Virus record (IMG/VR): IMGVR_UViG_3300021964_000044
DNA from: an uncultured virus (IMG/VR IMGVR_UViG_3300021964_000044)
Taxonomy: Duplodnaviria > Heunggongvirae > Uroviricota > Caudoviricetes
Length of the DNA stretch: 64,000 bases
Strand: one strand, 5' to 3'
The first letter of the stretch is position 1. Every line of letters begins with the position of its first letter. Under the pieces are notes generated by a model. That model made no database searches, was not told where the DNA came from, and saw nothing but the letters and a program-made list of their open reading frames with translations. The translations under genes and the position numbers were made by a program. Below, in pieces: positions 17,388 to 27,260 of the stretch.

Positions 17388-18453
17388 AGTTCAGTTGGAT
17401 GGTGTCGATTTTGAAAGGTGTGTCTACATCCTCAAGCCCTTGAGCATTTAAATGCTTAGGGTTGCAGCAGAATTTTTGACACGTGGATTGAGTGCTAATC
17501 CGGTGTTTCCCTGTGTAGCCACGACTAAGCCAGAATGCAACCCTCATTGCAGATTGTGACTTTCCTGAATGGAATGGGGAAGGACAATATGCAACCGATT
17601 CCAAACCGTTCTTCTTTGTCCCACCAAGCCATGGCCAGCACTCGTCTTCGCCCTTGATGTCTACTTGGTCCCAGAATCGCCTGACCTGCCAGTACCAACG
17701 GTAGTCAAATAGGGTGACGTCAACGGCGCAACGGCCTTTCTTCATCTCTGCGATGCAATCAAGGCATTCACCCATGTGCCCGAAATTGCCTTTGTGAGCC
17801 TTTTCGCCTTTCCGATGCCAGGGGCACTCTAATTCGTTGGTCACGTGATACTCAATTTGATATCGCCTCGCCTCCTCTGGGCAGGCTTTCATTACTTGAT
17901 TGAAGAACTGCTCTAGTTCTAAGAAATCTCTTTTAAGACTAGCTGATGGATCGTGCAGCTGCAAGTCATCAAAATTCCGACCACTCCTAATCCTGGTCAG
18001 CAGATGGTAAGGAATATTCAACTTTTCAGAAAGAGCTTTGCTAGTTACAGAGCAATCAGAGGTCTTAATTGTCTCAATCAGGTCTCGCCCTGGGATTTTG
18101 TCCAGCGCTCGGCCACGTTCATAGGCAACGTCTGATCTGGTGCCCCAGTAGTAGTGAGTTGGGTTTAGGCACCTGTCCGCCTTGCAGGTCCGATGTCTGA
18201 CCAGGACGGCCTTATCCTCCGCGCTGAAGCGCCCTGCAGCCGCGAGGAGGAGAGGGCGGGCGTCAAGTCCCGAGTAGTAAATGATCCGGCCTTTGGTCGT
18301 TTGGAACCCCGAGAAGACGCTGTGCCGCATCTTGCGAAGGTCCCAGCAGGATTCAAGGCCGACCGAAGACAGGAACACCTGAAATGCCTTCGCGAAGACC
18401 ACCGCATCCTTGTTGGTGAGGCCGGATTCCATGAAAAAGGTCAGTGAATCCAT
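17311..18453 (-). CDS. protein with two His-Me finger (homing-endonuclease zinc loop) domains and a central HTH-like segment
   Basis: CW...VRHRTC...RCLNPTHY.WGT; DECWPW.G...RVAFWL..G...C..FCCNPKHL. Confidence 0.7.
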   Translation of the reverse strand: MDSLTFFMESGLTNKDAVVFAKAFQVFLSSVGLESCWDLRKMRHSVFSGFQTTKGRIIYYSGLDARPLLLAAAGRFSAEDKAVLVRHRTCKADRCLNPTHYYWGTRSDVAYERGRALDKIPGRDLIETIKTSDCSVTSKALSEKLNIPYHLLTRIRSGRNFDDLQLHDPSASLKRDFLELEQFFNQVMKACPEEARRYQIEYHVTNELECPWHRKGEKAHKGNFGHMGECLDCIAEMKKGRCAVDVTLFDYRWYWQVRRFWDQVDIKGEDECWPWLGGTKKNGLESVAYCPSPFHSGKSQSAMRVAFWLSRGYTGKHRISTQSTCQKFCCNPKHLNAQGLEDVDTPFKIDTIQLNYGNIFEHFKKTNAQAGDGDPKQLSP

Positions 18454-18489
18454 GAGGGGTGGTGAGTGGATGGAGATTTTATAGGCTCA

Positions 18490-18718
18490 AAACCCAGTCA
18501 GGTCAAGGGGTTAGAGCGGATGTACACCAAAAGTTCAGAAAAAACCGCCCTTTTATTTACTTTCTTAGAAGAAGGGGGTGGGTACATGACTTTAAATCTC
18601 TTGTTTAACATCATGTACTCACCCCATCCTCCTATAGAAGGAATGAGATCGCCGTTTTTTTGGCGCATTTGGTGCCTGTTCCCTGGAATCCTAGTCACGT
18701 CAAGGGGTTTCAGGCGGA
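18490..18718. repeat. non-coding repeat complex, candidate replication origin
   Basis: Inverted repeat 18575-18589 / 18611-18625 flanked by two copies of CCYAGTCASGTCAAGGGGTT. Confidence 0.45.
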
Positions 18719-18771
18719 AAAATGCCAATTTCTGGCCGCCCCCTCACTAAAATATCGGTTAAATAGGCCCT

Positions 18772-18951
18772 TTATCGCCGAGATACTGTGTAATAGCGCT
18801 CTAATACATCCGCAAAGTTGATAGCACCGTCGAAATTTTGGACCATATGGCATACAGAACCAGAGGCGCTGCAAACTCGGTAATAACTGTGCTGGGGATT
18901 GTTGTTGACCTCAACCGTAGTCCCACCTGGAAAAGTTCTAATCAGGGTCAT
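18772..18951 (-). CDS. hypothetical 59-aa protein
   Basis: Read manually: MTLIRTFPGGTTVEVNNNPQHSYYRVCSASGSVCHMV... Confidence 0.55.
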   Translation of the reverse strand: MTLIRTFPGGTTVEVNNNPQHSYYRVCSASGSVCHMVQNFDGAINFADVLERYYTVSRR

Positions 18952-19000
18952 AAGTTTATGGGTCGATGTTACTATTGTAGAAAGGGTTGTTTTATAAAGA

Positions 19001-20350
19001 ATGGCTGATTTTCCATTCCAATTACCTCCTAAAGGCGGATCGTCGGCTGGTTCTACTCAGGCGCGTACTCAACGTTTTATGCGTAATTTAAATTTACGTG
19101 CTCAGCAGCAAAGCGTTTTTTCGCAGGCTTTGGCTGACATGATCCAGAGTGGTCAGTCAGCAGGACCTTCACAGTCCGCATTAGACGCACGTCGCGCCGC
19201 TGCTTTAAACCGCCTGACAGGAGCAGGGCGAGGTGTACAAGGTCCCAGTCCATTCCGTTGGGCACAAGGCTCTCGTCCAGCTGGTTATCTACCGACGAGC
19301 ACAACCGGTTCCGCTATGGTGCCGACAACAGGATCGCAGTTAGCACGATCTGGCACAAGCGGTTTCAGAGGAGCTGCGAGTGGTGGACTAAAAGGTCTCG
19401 CAAGCCGAGGTGCTGGCCCTTTACTTAACACTGGCTTGGTTGCATTAGATGTTTATGATGCGACGCAAACAGGAAGAGATCCTTTAAGGGCGGGAGTCAG
19501 GGGCGCGACGACAGTTCTTGGCGGCTTAGGTGCAGGTGCTCTTGGCGGTGCTGCAGGGTTACCGACGACAGGTCCAGGTGCTATTCCCGCTGCAATAGCG
19601 AGTTACACAGCAGGTTCGTTGGGTACAGGAGCGCTTTTTGATCAAATTTGGCCTGAAAATACTCCAATGAACGACACAACAAGATACGCACGTCAACCTG
19701 GATTTATTGGCCCAGTTCCTCAGCCAGCCCCTGGTTTTATTGGACCTATGCCCGAGCCTCAACAAACCACTGGAGCTTGGACAATTGACGGCTATGACCC
19801 TAACGCGCCTCGCTCTCAAAGAGAGAGGTCTTCACTTCCTAGGCGTGCGCCTGTAAATCGTGAGCCTCAAATAAGCGAAAGCGAGCTCAGGGCTCGATCT
19901 GTCCGTAGTGATTACGATAAAATCCGCGCTGCCGAGAATCTGACAGATCCTCAAAAGAGCGCAATCGGATTGGAAATGTGGCGCCGTGAGAACCCTAAAC
20001 TTGCTGAACGCTTAGATGAGAAGACGTTTGGTGACCGTGTCCCAGGTAAAGCAGGGTATAACCCGCTGATGCAGGATACTTTTGGGTATCAGTCAGAGCC
20101 TGCTGTGCGTCAGCCACTTGAAGGCGAGGAAATCATTAACGCTGTCAATGCAAACAAGGAAGCAGAACTTCGCGAACGCTTTACGGCTCCTGAAGGCGCT
20201 GATCAACCTAAATTTGTGATTGAAGAAGTGCTGCAACCTGCCGCAAAAGACGAAAAATCCGCTAGAGCAAAACTGCTGCAGCGTGCTTTGACCCGCAGGA
20301 TCCTGGACGATCAGGATTTCCCTGCAAATGCTCCAAAAATTTCTTTCTAA
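19001..20350 (+). CDS. putative internal virion protein with Gly-rich hydrophobic segment
   Basis: GGLGAGALGGAAG glycine-zipper, PGFIGP repeat, low complexity. Confidence 0.6.
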   Translation: MADFPFQLPPKGGSSAGSTQARTQRFMRNLNLRAQQQSVFSQALADMIQSGQSAGPSQSALDARRAAALNRLTGAGRGVQGPSPFRWAQGSRPAGYLPTSTTGSAMVPTTGSQLARSGTSGFRGAASGGLKGLASRGAGPLLNTGLVALDVYDATQTGRDPLRAGVRGATTVLGGLGAGALGGAAGLPTTGPGAIPAAIASYTAGSLGTGALFDQIWPENTPMNDTTRYARQPGFIGPVPQPAPGFIGPMPEPQQTTGAWTIDGYDPNAPRSQRERSSLPRRAPVNREPQISESELRARSVRSDYDKIRAAENLTDPQKSAIGLEMWRRENPKLAERLDEKTFGDRVPGKAGYNPLMQDTFGYQSEPAVRQPLEGEEIINAVNANKEAELRERFTAPEGADQPKFVIEEVLQPAAKDEKSARAKLLQRALTRRILDDQDFPANAPKISF

Positions 20351-20352
20351 AA

Positions 20353-20775
20353 ATGTACAACCCCTCTGGATTTGACGCTCAGGGTCTGGATATGAATTCA
20401 GACTTGGGCGACCCTCGCCGACAAGAACGCCTTCCTGGTGGATATGCCACCCAAGGTCAGGCTGTAAGTGCACCTTATGCGGAGGCAAACATGCGTGCAG
20501 CCGAGAAAACTAACCCAATGAACGCTGCTTCACAGGAGCCAGGTAAAGCTTTTCTTGATGCTTACATTCAGAATGCTGGAATGGAGCAGGGGCAGACTGC
20601 CTTTAACATTTTCGATTTGTTTGGTGGTGGGACCAAAAAAGGACTTGAAGCTGGCGATGCTGCGCGACGTGGTGAAGGACCTGAATATGATGCAGAAGGC
20701 AGCAGGTTTGTTGGAGGCATGCTTAATAGAAACCGGGCCACTCAGGAAGCAATTCGCCGATCAAGGGGGAAATAA
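20353..20775 (+). CDS. putative virion protein
   Basis: 140-aa Gly/Ala/Gln-rich ORF. Confidence 0.6.
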   Translation: MYNPSGFDAQGLDMNSDLGDPRRQERLPGGYATQGQAVSAPYAEANMRAAEKTNPMNAASQEPGKAFLDAYIQNAGMEQGQTAFNIFDLFGGGTKKGLEAGDAARRGEGPEYDAEGSRFVGGMLNRNRATQEAIRRSRGK

Positions 20776-20780
20776 TTATC

Positions 20781-21110
20781 ATGGGTGACACAGATTTCCC
20801 AACAGTGATGGCGAATGGACCCAGCGGGTTCCTTCAGACATATGTCCGAGGAATGCGAGAGCACGAGCAAGCTGGTACGGACATTCCTGACTTCCGTGTG
20901 CAACAAGAATATGCACAAGAGGGAGGCGGCCCTTTAATTGAAGGCACTCAGATCTCAGCAGACCCTAGTTTTGATCTGATGGGTCCTGATATCGATAGTC
21001 CTGAAGTAGATAATTGGATTAGGAACTCTCGTCCACAACCCAGATTAAATATGGACCGCCTGAACGAAAATATCAGACGAGTCCGCTCATCCTTACCAAG
21101 GCGAGTTTAG
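20781..21110 (+). CDS. putative virion protein
   Basis: 109-aa ORF in the same operon. Confidence 0.6.
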   Translation: MGDTDFPTVMANGPSGFLQTYVRGMREHEQAGTDIPDFRVQQEYAQEGGGPLIEGTQISADPSFDLMGPDIDSPEVDNWIRNSRPQPRLNMDRLNENIRRVRSSLPRRV

Positions 21111-21271
21111 TCTTTTTTATCGAATAGGTTGATATCAGGGATCCCTGAATAGGGATCCTTTTTGCCTTCACAGATTGCATTTGCTCTTTTGTAGTAATCG
21201 TTGTCTGTGCAGCCGTTTTTTTCCATATAATCTTTAATCTTTTTCCAATTCTCCCGTTGATGCTTGTCCAT
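21107..21271 (-). CDS. small cyanophage hypothetical protein
   Basis: Read manually: MDKHQRENWKKIKDYMEKNGCTDNDYYKRANAICEGKKDP... Confidence 0.65.
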   Translation of the reverse strand: MDKHQRENWKKIKDYMEKNGCTDNDYYKRANAICEGKKDPYSGIPDINLFDKKD

Positions 21272-23861
21272 GGGGTTTCATACTGACGTTTTCGGGAAGA
21301 ATTGTCGGCATATTCCTGAACTTGTCGTCTGCATTTCGCAGAGCTATGCCCTTGATGAAAGGCTTACCTAGTTTGGTGAACTGTCTTACTTTGTTGATGC
21401 CGAGTTGGTTTCTGCAGCAGTCAAGCAAGAGTGCGATGAATCGCTTTTGACCGACAGGTTTCGACCCTGTATCTTCACAATAAGACGCATAAGACGCATA
21501 AAGGTGGAAATTACTATTACAATATCTTTCTTGAGCATCTTTGGCGGCGGGAATTTTCTTACCCACCGGGGTAACAACATTCTCATCAGCCACTACTTCT
21601 GATTGAAGCCATTCGACGAGATTATTGCTGTTGAGCATGATCTCGTTACGGACGCGCTTGAGAGAGGGGACTTTCTCATACGTATCGAGGAGATACTCAC
21701 GCATTTCCTGGTCAGTCATTTGGAGAACCCAGTTAACTAAGCCGGGTAAACAATCCTTCCATAAGCCCCTTACGTCTCCGTTGTCGATTTTGATCATCTC
21801 TTTAGCCTCTGAGTTCTTGCTATAAAGGGGGCGATTGAACTCAATGGTGAGACGACGGCGAGTCAGACCTGAGGTGTTATCAGTTGTCTGAATTGGCTCG
21901 TTAGCACAGACCATGACCATACCGGTGTAGACGAAAGGCTCGCCAACGTTTTTATTTTTCTCTTCAAATCGGAGATTGTCACCGCCAGTCAGCGCTTTGA
22001 AGATCTGAGCAGAACCGCCATAACGTTCAGAGTCGTTGATGAGAGTCAGGCGTTTGCCTTTGATGGAGGCAACTTCAAATCGAGACTGCTCAAGCTGATT
22101 GAGCGTGGTGCTGGCGTAGTTGCGGATTCCGACCAGAGCGCAGCAAAGGTTGGCAAAGGTCGACTTCCCGCGACCACCTGGACCGATCACCTCAAGAAAA
22201 CGTTGAATTTCGTGACCTTGACCAATAAGGCAAGCCTTCAGCCACGCACGAAGGACTTGAACACGCTCCATATCACCGTATTGAGTGCGTGTCAGCCACT
22301 CAATGATCGGACCAGGATCAGCATGAGGATCGTAATCAAAATCCAATCCCCAGGTCATGTAGTGCTCTCGGCTGTGCTCGAGAAACTCACCAGTAGAGAT
22401 CTCTAGAACACCGTTAGCAAAGGCAAGGCGATCATCATCGTCGTCCCAATAGGTGTGGGTAATGTACGCCTGAGTCAGGCTGACAACATCTGAGATCAGA
22501 TGCGAGGTAAATCCGCCTGGCGTCGGAATGTTCTCGCGCAGGAACAGGTCTTGTACGAAGTGCTTGTACTCGTTTTTATACTCTTCTCTACGCCAAACGC
22601 CTTTGTTGCTTTGATAGAACATAAAGGTGTCGAAACGCGGGTCATAACGCCATCCACACTGAATCACCATTTCGGTGACGTGTTCCGCGAGTACAGATGC
22701 AGGGGGAGTTCGGGGTTGCTTTTTCGAATCCTTACCCCGCGAATTCACCTCATCACGAATCCCTGGATCAGGGAATCCCATGATGTCACCTAATATGTTT
22801 TGAAAAACCTCGGCTTCTGGCATGTCGTCAGCGCTATCGTTGAAATATTCTTGAGCTTTCTTGACAAGAGTCTCAGGAGACTCAACAACAAAATTCCCAA
22901 GTTCTATATATCCATCTTCCTTCGCCTTAGCCCTGAGATGGTGCAAACCACATGCGCCTTCTGGGGCAGGGCCACCTTCAATACGCTCAAAAGATTTCCA
23001 CTTCTGCTCGCAAACACCGTCTTCAAAGTTGGGGGCTTGGGCAGACCACTCAATCCAATCTCCCAGAAGCTGATCATCAACTTGATGGAGACACATTCCA
23101 ACAGCTAGCCACTCCTCGTAGTCGCAGGCGCGTTCAGGGTTTAGGTGCGCAAGGTAGATACGAGCTTCAGCAATCGACTCTTCATGCTGATAAGTGGAAC
23201 CCTCTTCGTAGCTGAGGCTTATTCTCTGGGTGACTACACCGTTTGTGACCGGCTTTCGATACTTATTGGTAGGAAACGCCTTCTGAATCGCTGCATAGAG
23301 CCACTCAGGGAGCTCAGGGGGGTTCTTAGCAAACTCGAAACCACCGTGATGTGTCGTGAAATAGCCTTCTGTGTCGGGGTGGCTGCCCATGATGGCGCCT
23401 TGCCTGGACCGGAAGAGAATTTCGAATGACGGAACCCCGATCTTGATGGTTGCCTTATCGGGTAAAAGGCTGATTTTTGAATTAGGGATGCGGTACAGCA
23501 TGCGCTGTCGCCCTGGTTTCCCTGACGAGATTGTTAGAGTCTCAGGGAAGATCGCATCAATCGTGCCTCCCGCCAGTTCTTCCAGTGCTGGGATGGCATC
23601 TGGTCCATCAATGTCTACCCAAACAAGGCCACCTGCATTTGACCATTGACCAGAAATCAGACCGACACCAGTAGCCCTACCCTCCTCAAGTTCAGCCTTA
23701 ATCTCTTCAATAGAGAAAGGCTGTGAAGTCCAACCAGGGGTGTAAGCACGTTTATCCCTTAAAGGCGTAAGAGCCCAGTCTTTGGGGATTAGATCGAGCC
23801 GGATTTCACCTGGGTCAATGTGTTGGCGAGGGCGCTTGGGGTCGGTAGGTCCGTTGGTCAC
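21234..23861 (-). CDS. primase-polymerase / PriCT-2 / D5-like SF3 helicase
   Basis: N-terminal W.LTPL..KR, VWVDIDG, GSHP; DYEEWLAVGMCLH (PriCT-2); GPGGRGKST Walker A, KALTGGD..RFEEK, RRRLTIEF. Confidence 0.93.
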   Translation of the reverse strand: MTNGPTDPKRPRQHIDPGEIRLDLIPKDWALTPLRDKRAYTPGWTSQPFSIEEIKAELEEGRATGVGLISGQWSNAGGLVWVDIDGPDAIPALEELAGGTIDAIFPETLTISSGKPGRQRMLYRIPNSKISLLPDKATIKIGVPSFEILFRSRQGAIMGSHPDTEGYFTTHHGGFEFAKNPPELPEWLYAAIQKAFPTNKYRKPVTNGVVTQRISLSYEEGSTYQHEESIAEARIYLAHLNPERACDYEEWLAVGMCLHQVDDQLLGDWIEWSAQAPNFEDGVCEQKWKSFERIEGGPAPEGACGLHHLRAKAKEDGYIELGNFVVESPETLVKKAQEYFNDSADDMPEAEVFQNILGDIMGFPDPGIRDEVNSRGKDSKKQPRTPPASVLAEHVTEMVIQCGWRYDPRFDTFMFYQSNKGVWRREEYKNEYKHFVQDLFLRENIPTPGGFTSHLISDVVSLTQAYITHTYWDDDDDRLAFANGVLEISTGEFLEHSREHYMTWGLDFDYDPHADPGPIIEWLTRTQYGDMERVQVLRAWLKACLIGQGHEIQRFLEVIGPGGRGKSTFANLCCALVGIRNYASTTLNQLEQSRFEVASIKGKRLTLINDSERYGGSAQIFKALTGGDNLRFEEKNKNVGEPFVYTGMVMVCANEPIQTTDNTSGLTRRRLTIEFNRPLYSKNSEAKEMIKIDNGDVRGLWKDCLPGLVNWVLQMTDQEMREYLLDTYEKVPSLKRVRNEIMLNSNNLVEWLQSEVVADENVVTPVGKKIPAAKDAQERYCNSNFHLYASYASYCEDTGSKPVGQKRFIALLLDCCRNQLGINKVRQFTKLGKPFIKGIALRNADDKFRNMPTILPENVSMKPHGQASTGELEKD

Positions 23862-24011
23862 TTATTCCTATAGCAGAGTTTTGTTTAGGCCAGACAGAGG
23901 GTATATACGATCAGGCCTCTTGAGAACCCCCGAATCTGAACGGAATCGGTGGTTTATGCATCTAATAATTTAGAGTAGATGCATTTGCCCTTGACTAGCG
24001 CCCTTTTGGTG

Positions 24012-24830
24012 CTACTGGTCGGCGTCGACTGCCTCCATCTCCAGTTCTTCAGCAGCTTTCTTTGCGGGCAAGATCTCCGAGTAGTACTTATTAACCTCTT
24101 TAAGCCAAAGGTTTTTGTACTTTTCTATCGTCTGACCTTGCACAGCGAACACCTGAGAGGCTTCGCGTGTAGCCACAAAGATCATCAGAAGTTCGGGCGT
24201 GATGTTGCAGGTGTGTTCAAGTCCAAGTGCGTATGCGCCCATCTGCAACATGCATTTTTTGTATTTCATGAAGCCTGCTCGCTTCATCCCATACTGGTTT
24301 TTAGGGGTTTCAGACCCTGGCCACTTGCTGAAATAAGGTCCGTTGCTGGTCTTAAGGTCACCCAGAACGATCTTTCCTTTGTATTCACAAACGATGTCAG
24401 GAGCACCTGCCCATCCCCAAGTCTGACCTTCTTCTACTCCAGGATGCCAAACTCTACTGATGCCGTCGCTACCGACACACCAAGGATATGCGTCGCCGAC
24501 TGGGTTTTCAGCCCAGATGACCCTACCAAGTTTTGACAGGTTATCAGGGAGACCGTCCCAAAATGCTGCAATTTCGGGATCATCGATTTGAGGATTCTTG
24601 TTAATGCCTAGGAGGTATTCCTCCATCAAGCTGTGGACTTTAGTTCCACGGGCAGCTGCAGCTTCGCGGCCACCTGGATTTTTTTTAGCCCAGCGTTCTA
24701 GTGCGGCTTTATTACCTGATGTTGCCGACAGAATCGTAGTGACGGAGGGGAGATCACCGTGTGGTGTACGGTAATGACGAGATCCACCAATCGTGAGGCG
24801 TGTATCACCTTCAGATTTATAGTCGATCAA
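24012..24830 (-). CDS. PD-(D/E)XK exonuclease
   Basis: LPSVTTIL, ARGTKVH..ME, WAGAPD, GDLKTS, LQMGAY. Confidence 0.88.
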   Translation of the reverse strand: MIDYKSEGDTRLTIGGSRHYRTPHGDLPSVTTILSATSGNKAALERWAKKNPGGREAAAARGTKVHSLMEEYLLGINKNPQIDDPEIAAFWDGLPDNLSKLGRVIWAENPVGDAYPWCVGSDGISRVWHPGVEEGQTWGWAGAPDIVCEYKGKIVLGDLKTSNGPYFSKWPGSETPKNQYGMKRAGFMKYKKCMLQMGAYALGLEHTCNITPELLMIFVATREASQVFAVQGQTIEKYKNLWLKEVNKYYSEILPAKKAAEELEMEAVDADQ

Positions 24831-24882
24831 CGTAGTTATGCGGATCCATGGAGGATACCGCCACTAAATCTAGAGTTTCGCC

Positions 24883-25188
24883 TCAATCATGTTCGATTTC
24901 AGGCGGCCTCTCCGTGAAGCAATCTTCAATATTAGCGGCGAATTGCATAGATTGGTAATCACCAACGTGCTTTTGAATCCGTGAGTGGATATCAAATGCT
25001 GATTTGATCGCGTCTTCAGGGTTAATAAGCAGCTTCGAGTTCGCTAACAAGCCAGCTGTCAGAATGGTTATGGCGAGTTCTTGCGGGTTCGCGGTAAACG
25101 CACGCAAAGACTTTCCATTGTCCGTGAATGACGACAAAAGAAAGTTGATGATCTCAAGATTTCTTTCAGCATTGGACTCTTCGCTCAC
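24883..25188 (-). CDS. hypothetical protein
   Basis: 101-aa ORF, coupled to upstream gene. Confidence 0.6.
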   Translation of the reverse strand: MSEESNAERNLEIINFLLSSFTDNGKSLRAFTANPQELAITILTAGLLANSKLLINPEDAIKSAFDIHSRIQKHVGDYQSMQFAANIEDCFTERPPEIEHD

Positions 25189-25445
25189 GCTTGATCCTCC
25201 TGGTCCTTGACCTCGTAAAGGGTGATTGTTTGGCGTTTGATGACGGGAACTAGGATTCCTTCATCTTTAAGCGCTTGAATGCGGCGTTGAATTGTCCTGT
25301 GGTTCCTTGCGAATTTCTTTACAACGTCAGTTAAAGGGATCAAGACGTATCTTGTCCCTTTGTAATCCGTTGAGATTTCAAGTAAGTACTCATGGATGCT
25401 CATAGCGAGGTCATCCATGAGGTTTGTCATTACAGGTCGCGCCAC
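25185..25445 (-). CDS. winged helix-turn-helix DNA-binding protein
   Basis: LTDVVKKFARNHRTIQRRIQALKDEGIL. Confidence 0.7.
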   Translation of the reverse strand: MARPVMTNLMDDLAMSIHEYLLEISTDYKGTRYVLIPLTDVVKKFARNHRTIQRRIQALKDEGILVPVIKRQTITLYEVKDQEDQA

Positions 25446-25455
25446 TGTCGCCGTT

Positions 25456-25722
25456 TTAGCTTAGTTTAGATTCTACGGGACTATTACTTTTAGAGTCTGA
25501 AGACTCTTTCAAATGTTCCTGATACTTCTGAACACCTGATTTTGCTGTTTGCAAGTCCATTGTCCAGCAGAGTTCCCAATCGTGCGCTTTACTTGGGAAC
25601 TTATAGAGGATGTGCCCAGTGTTCCCGTGCTTAAGGCTTTTGATCTCAAAGCCCTCATACGTAATCGGCTCTAAGATCTCGGACTTAGTACCACGGTACT
25701 TAAATTTTTTAGCTTGCCTCAT
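25456..25722 (-). CDS. hypothetical protein
   Basis: 88-aa ORF in operon. Confidence 0.6.
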   Translation of the reverse strand: MRQAKKFKYRGTKSEILEPITYEGFEIKSLKHGNTGHILYKFPSKAHDWELCWTMDLQTAKSGVQKYQEHLKESSDSKSNSPVESKLS

Positions 25723-25769
25723 TGCTTTGAGTGCAACAACAGAACAAGCTTAATGACCCTAATCCAGGA

Positions 25770-25949
25770 TCAATCAAATAAAGTGTTCAACGCTTTTTTG
25801 CGTATAGCGGCCCTAAGCTGTGGCTCCTTTTCTGCAGTTAAGTGCATAGACGACACGTAACAGCACTCCGTGAAACCATCTTCTGTCAGACAGACCTTGC
25901 AGCAGCTGTCTTCAAGAACCGTGATTTCCAGACCGTTTCCACTGCTCAT
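25770..25949 (-). CDS. hypothetical 59-aa Cys-rich protein
   Basis: Read manually: MSSGNGLEITVLEDSCCKVCLTEDGFTECCYVSSMHL... Confidence 0.55.
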   Translation of the reverse strand: MSSGNGLEITVLEDSCCKVCLTEDGFTECCYVSSMHLTAEKEPQLRAAIRKKALNTLFD

Positions 25950-26082
25950 AATTAGACCTTTGTTTTTCTAGCTCGATCAACCTTTTGTTGTAGACATTAC
26001 TTACCCAACTGAGTTCAGCCTGCTGCACTTTCGCGGCGGCTTCGATCATGTCGTGATAGCTTTGGCGACGTTTTTGGTTCAT
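25912..26082 (-). CDS. hypothetical 56-aa protein
   Basis: Read manually: MNQKRRQSYHDMIEAAAK...; ATGA-coupled to upstream gene. Confidence 0.5.
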   Translation of the reverse strand: MNQKRRQSYHDMIEAAAKVQQAELSWVSNVYNKRLIELEKQRSNYEQWKRSGNHGS

Positions 26083-26324
26083 GGTGCCTCAATTTTAACT
26101 AAAAGAAATTCGTGATCCCCAGTTTCGAACCGCTCCAGGTCATCACCATTTTCCCAACCCAGTTGTTGAAGAAGTTCTTCTGGGAAGAGTATGGGGGCAT
26201 CGTCTTCAATGGTGACGACCCAGGTTTTGGTTGAAGGTTTGTCGAAATCGTATTCATCTTTTAGTTCTGCTTCGAGAACGTCGACCGTGTTTAGAGAGTG
26301 GTGATAGCAACGCAGGTAAGGCAA
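26079..26324 (-). CDS. AbrB/MazE-like protein
   Basis: VTIEDD..ILFPEELLQQLGWENGD.L. Confidence 0.65.
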   Translation of the reverse strand: MPYLRCYHHSLNTVDVLEAELKDEYDFDKPSTKTWVVTIEDDAPILFPEELLQQLGWENGDDLERFETGDHEFLLVKIEAP

Positions 26325-26381
26325 GAAGTGCTTTTGATTACAGGCATAGGCTACCTAACCCCTTAGGTGCAGCAAGTCGTT

Positions 26382-26984
26382 TTAGACACCCTTTTGCAAA
26401 CGTTTACGTAAGCCGTAGGCCATTGAGACTCGTCGGACCAACCGAGCAGAATCTGGCGCCGCTTCCGGGTTCTCCATTAGCGTCTGCCGAAGCTCCTCTT
26501 TGTCGGCATAGGTGTCTTCTTTTCGCTTGTAGACGTGACCGTCCCTGGAGCACTCCACTGTGACAGTTTTCTTAAGTCCGAACCGTTGTTTATCCCTGTC
26601 TGTCCAATCGTTGAAGTTGTCGATTACCTTGGGCAGCACAGGCTTGATTGTTGCTTGATACTTAACACCTGTAGGCTTTGAGCTGATCAAATTTTGTTGA
26701 TAAGCCAGCTTAATGATGTTAATAATGCTGTTACGCTTGCTTTTCCAATAAGAAACGTTTTCTCTCAGCTCATCAAGTTCCTTTGTGAATTGGTTGATGC
26801 AGTTGTCGCATTCTTTTATAACGCTGATAATTGCATCAAATTTATAGGCTTCCCTGCTTTTGAGATCGTGCCACATCTGCGCGAGCTCAGTCTTTTCGTC
26901 TTGATCTATATCAGGTGAGTCCAAAAGCGATTCAAGCTCTTGGACTTCCTCAAGGATCTCCTGGTAAGACTTGGGGTCAGCCAT
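26382..26984 (-). CDS. Siphovirus Gp157-like protein
   Basis: Acidic N-terminus, K.DAI..VI, coiled coil, DKEELRQ.L...ARLV. Confidence 0.65.
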   Translation of the reverse strand: MADPKSYQEILEEVQELESLLDSPDIDQDEKTELAQMWHDLKSREAYKFDAIISVIKECDNCINQFTKELDELRENVSYWKSKRNSIINIIKLAYQQNLISSKPTGVKYQATIKPVLPKVIDNFNDWTDRDKQRFGLKKTVTVECSRDGHVYKRKEDTYADKEELRQTLMENPEAAPDSARLVRRVSMAYGLRKRLQKGV

Positions 26985-26989
26985 CAGGT

Positions 26990-27127
26990 TTACTTGCCCT
27001 GACCGCGATAAGGCTTCTCGCCTCTGACCTTGAAGGAGCCGCGCTTTCGGCGCCCTTCACCGATGGACGTCTTCTTAGGTGTCGACTCGATGGTTTTGGC
27101 GCCGGTTAAAGACTTTTTGAGTGCCAT
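26990..27127 (-). CDS. small basic cyanophage protein
   Basis: ES.PKKT..G.G...K.YRGQGK; ATG 27127 chosen. Confidence 0.65.
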   Translation of the reverse strand: MALKKSLTGAKTIESTPKKTSIGEGRRKRGSFKVRGEKPYRGQGK

Positions 27128-27260
27128 GGGATGTGCGTATCGAACAGAGTTTAGATAGAAACCCCACCGTGTCAATAAAGAAGATTTAATTAAGAATTTG
27201 TACTGTATTCAAGTAAACATATTTTTTCCTAAGTTAGAATAGAAATTATGCATCTTCGCA

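Noticed and set aside
18466..18750. Overlapping 94-aa (+) and 76-aa (-) ORFs
   Set aside because: Cover the repeat and palindrome complex and lack protein-like features; treated as non-coding
21480..21501. ATAAGACGC tandem repeat in the primase gene
   Set aside because: Simply encodes YASYASY; trivial coding repeat
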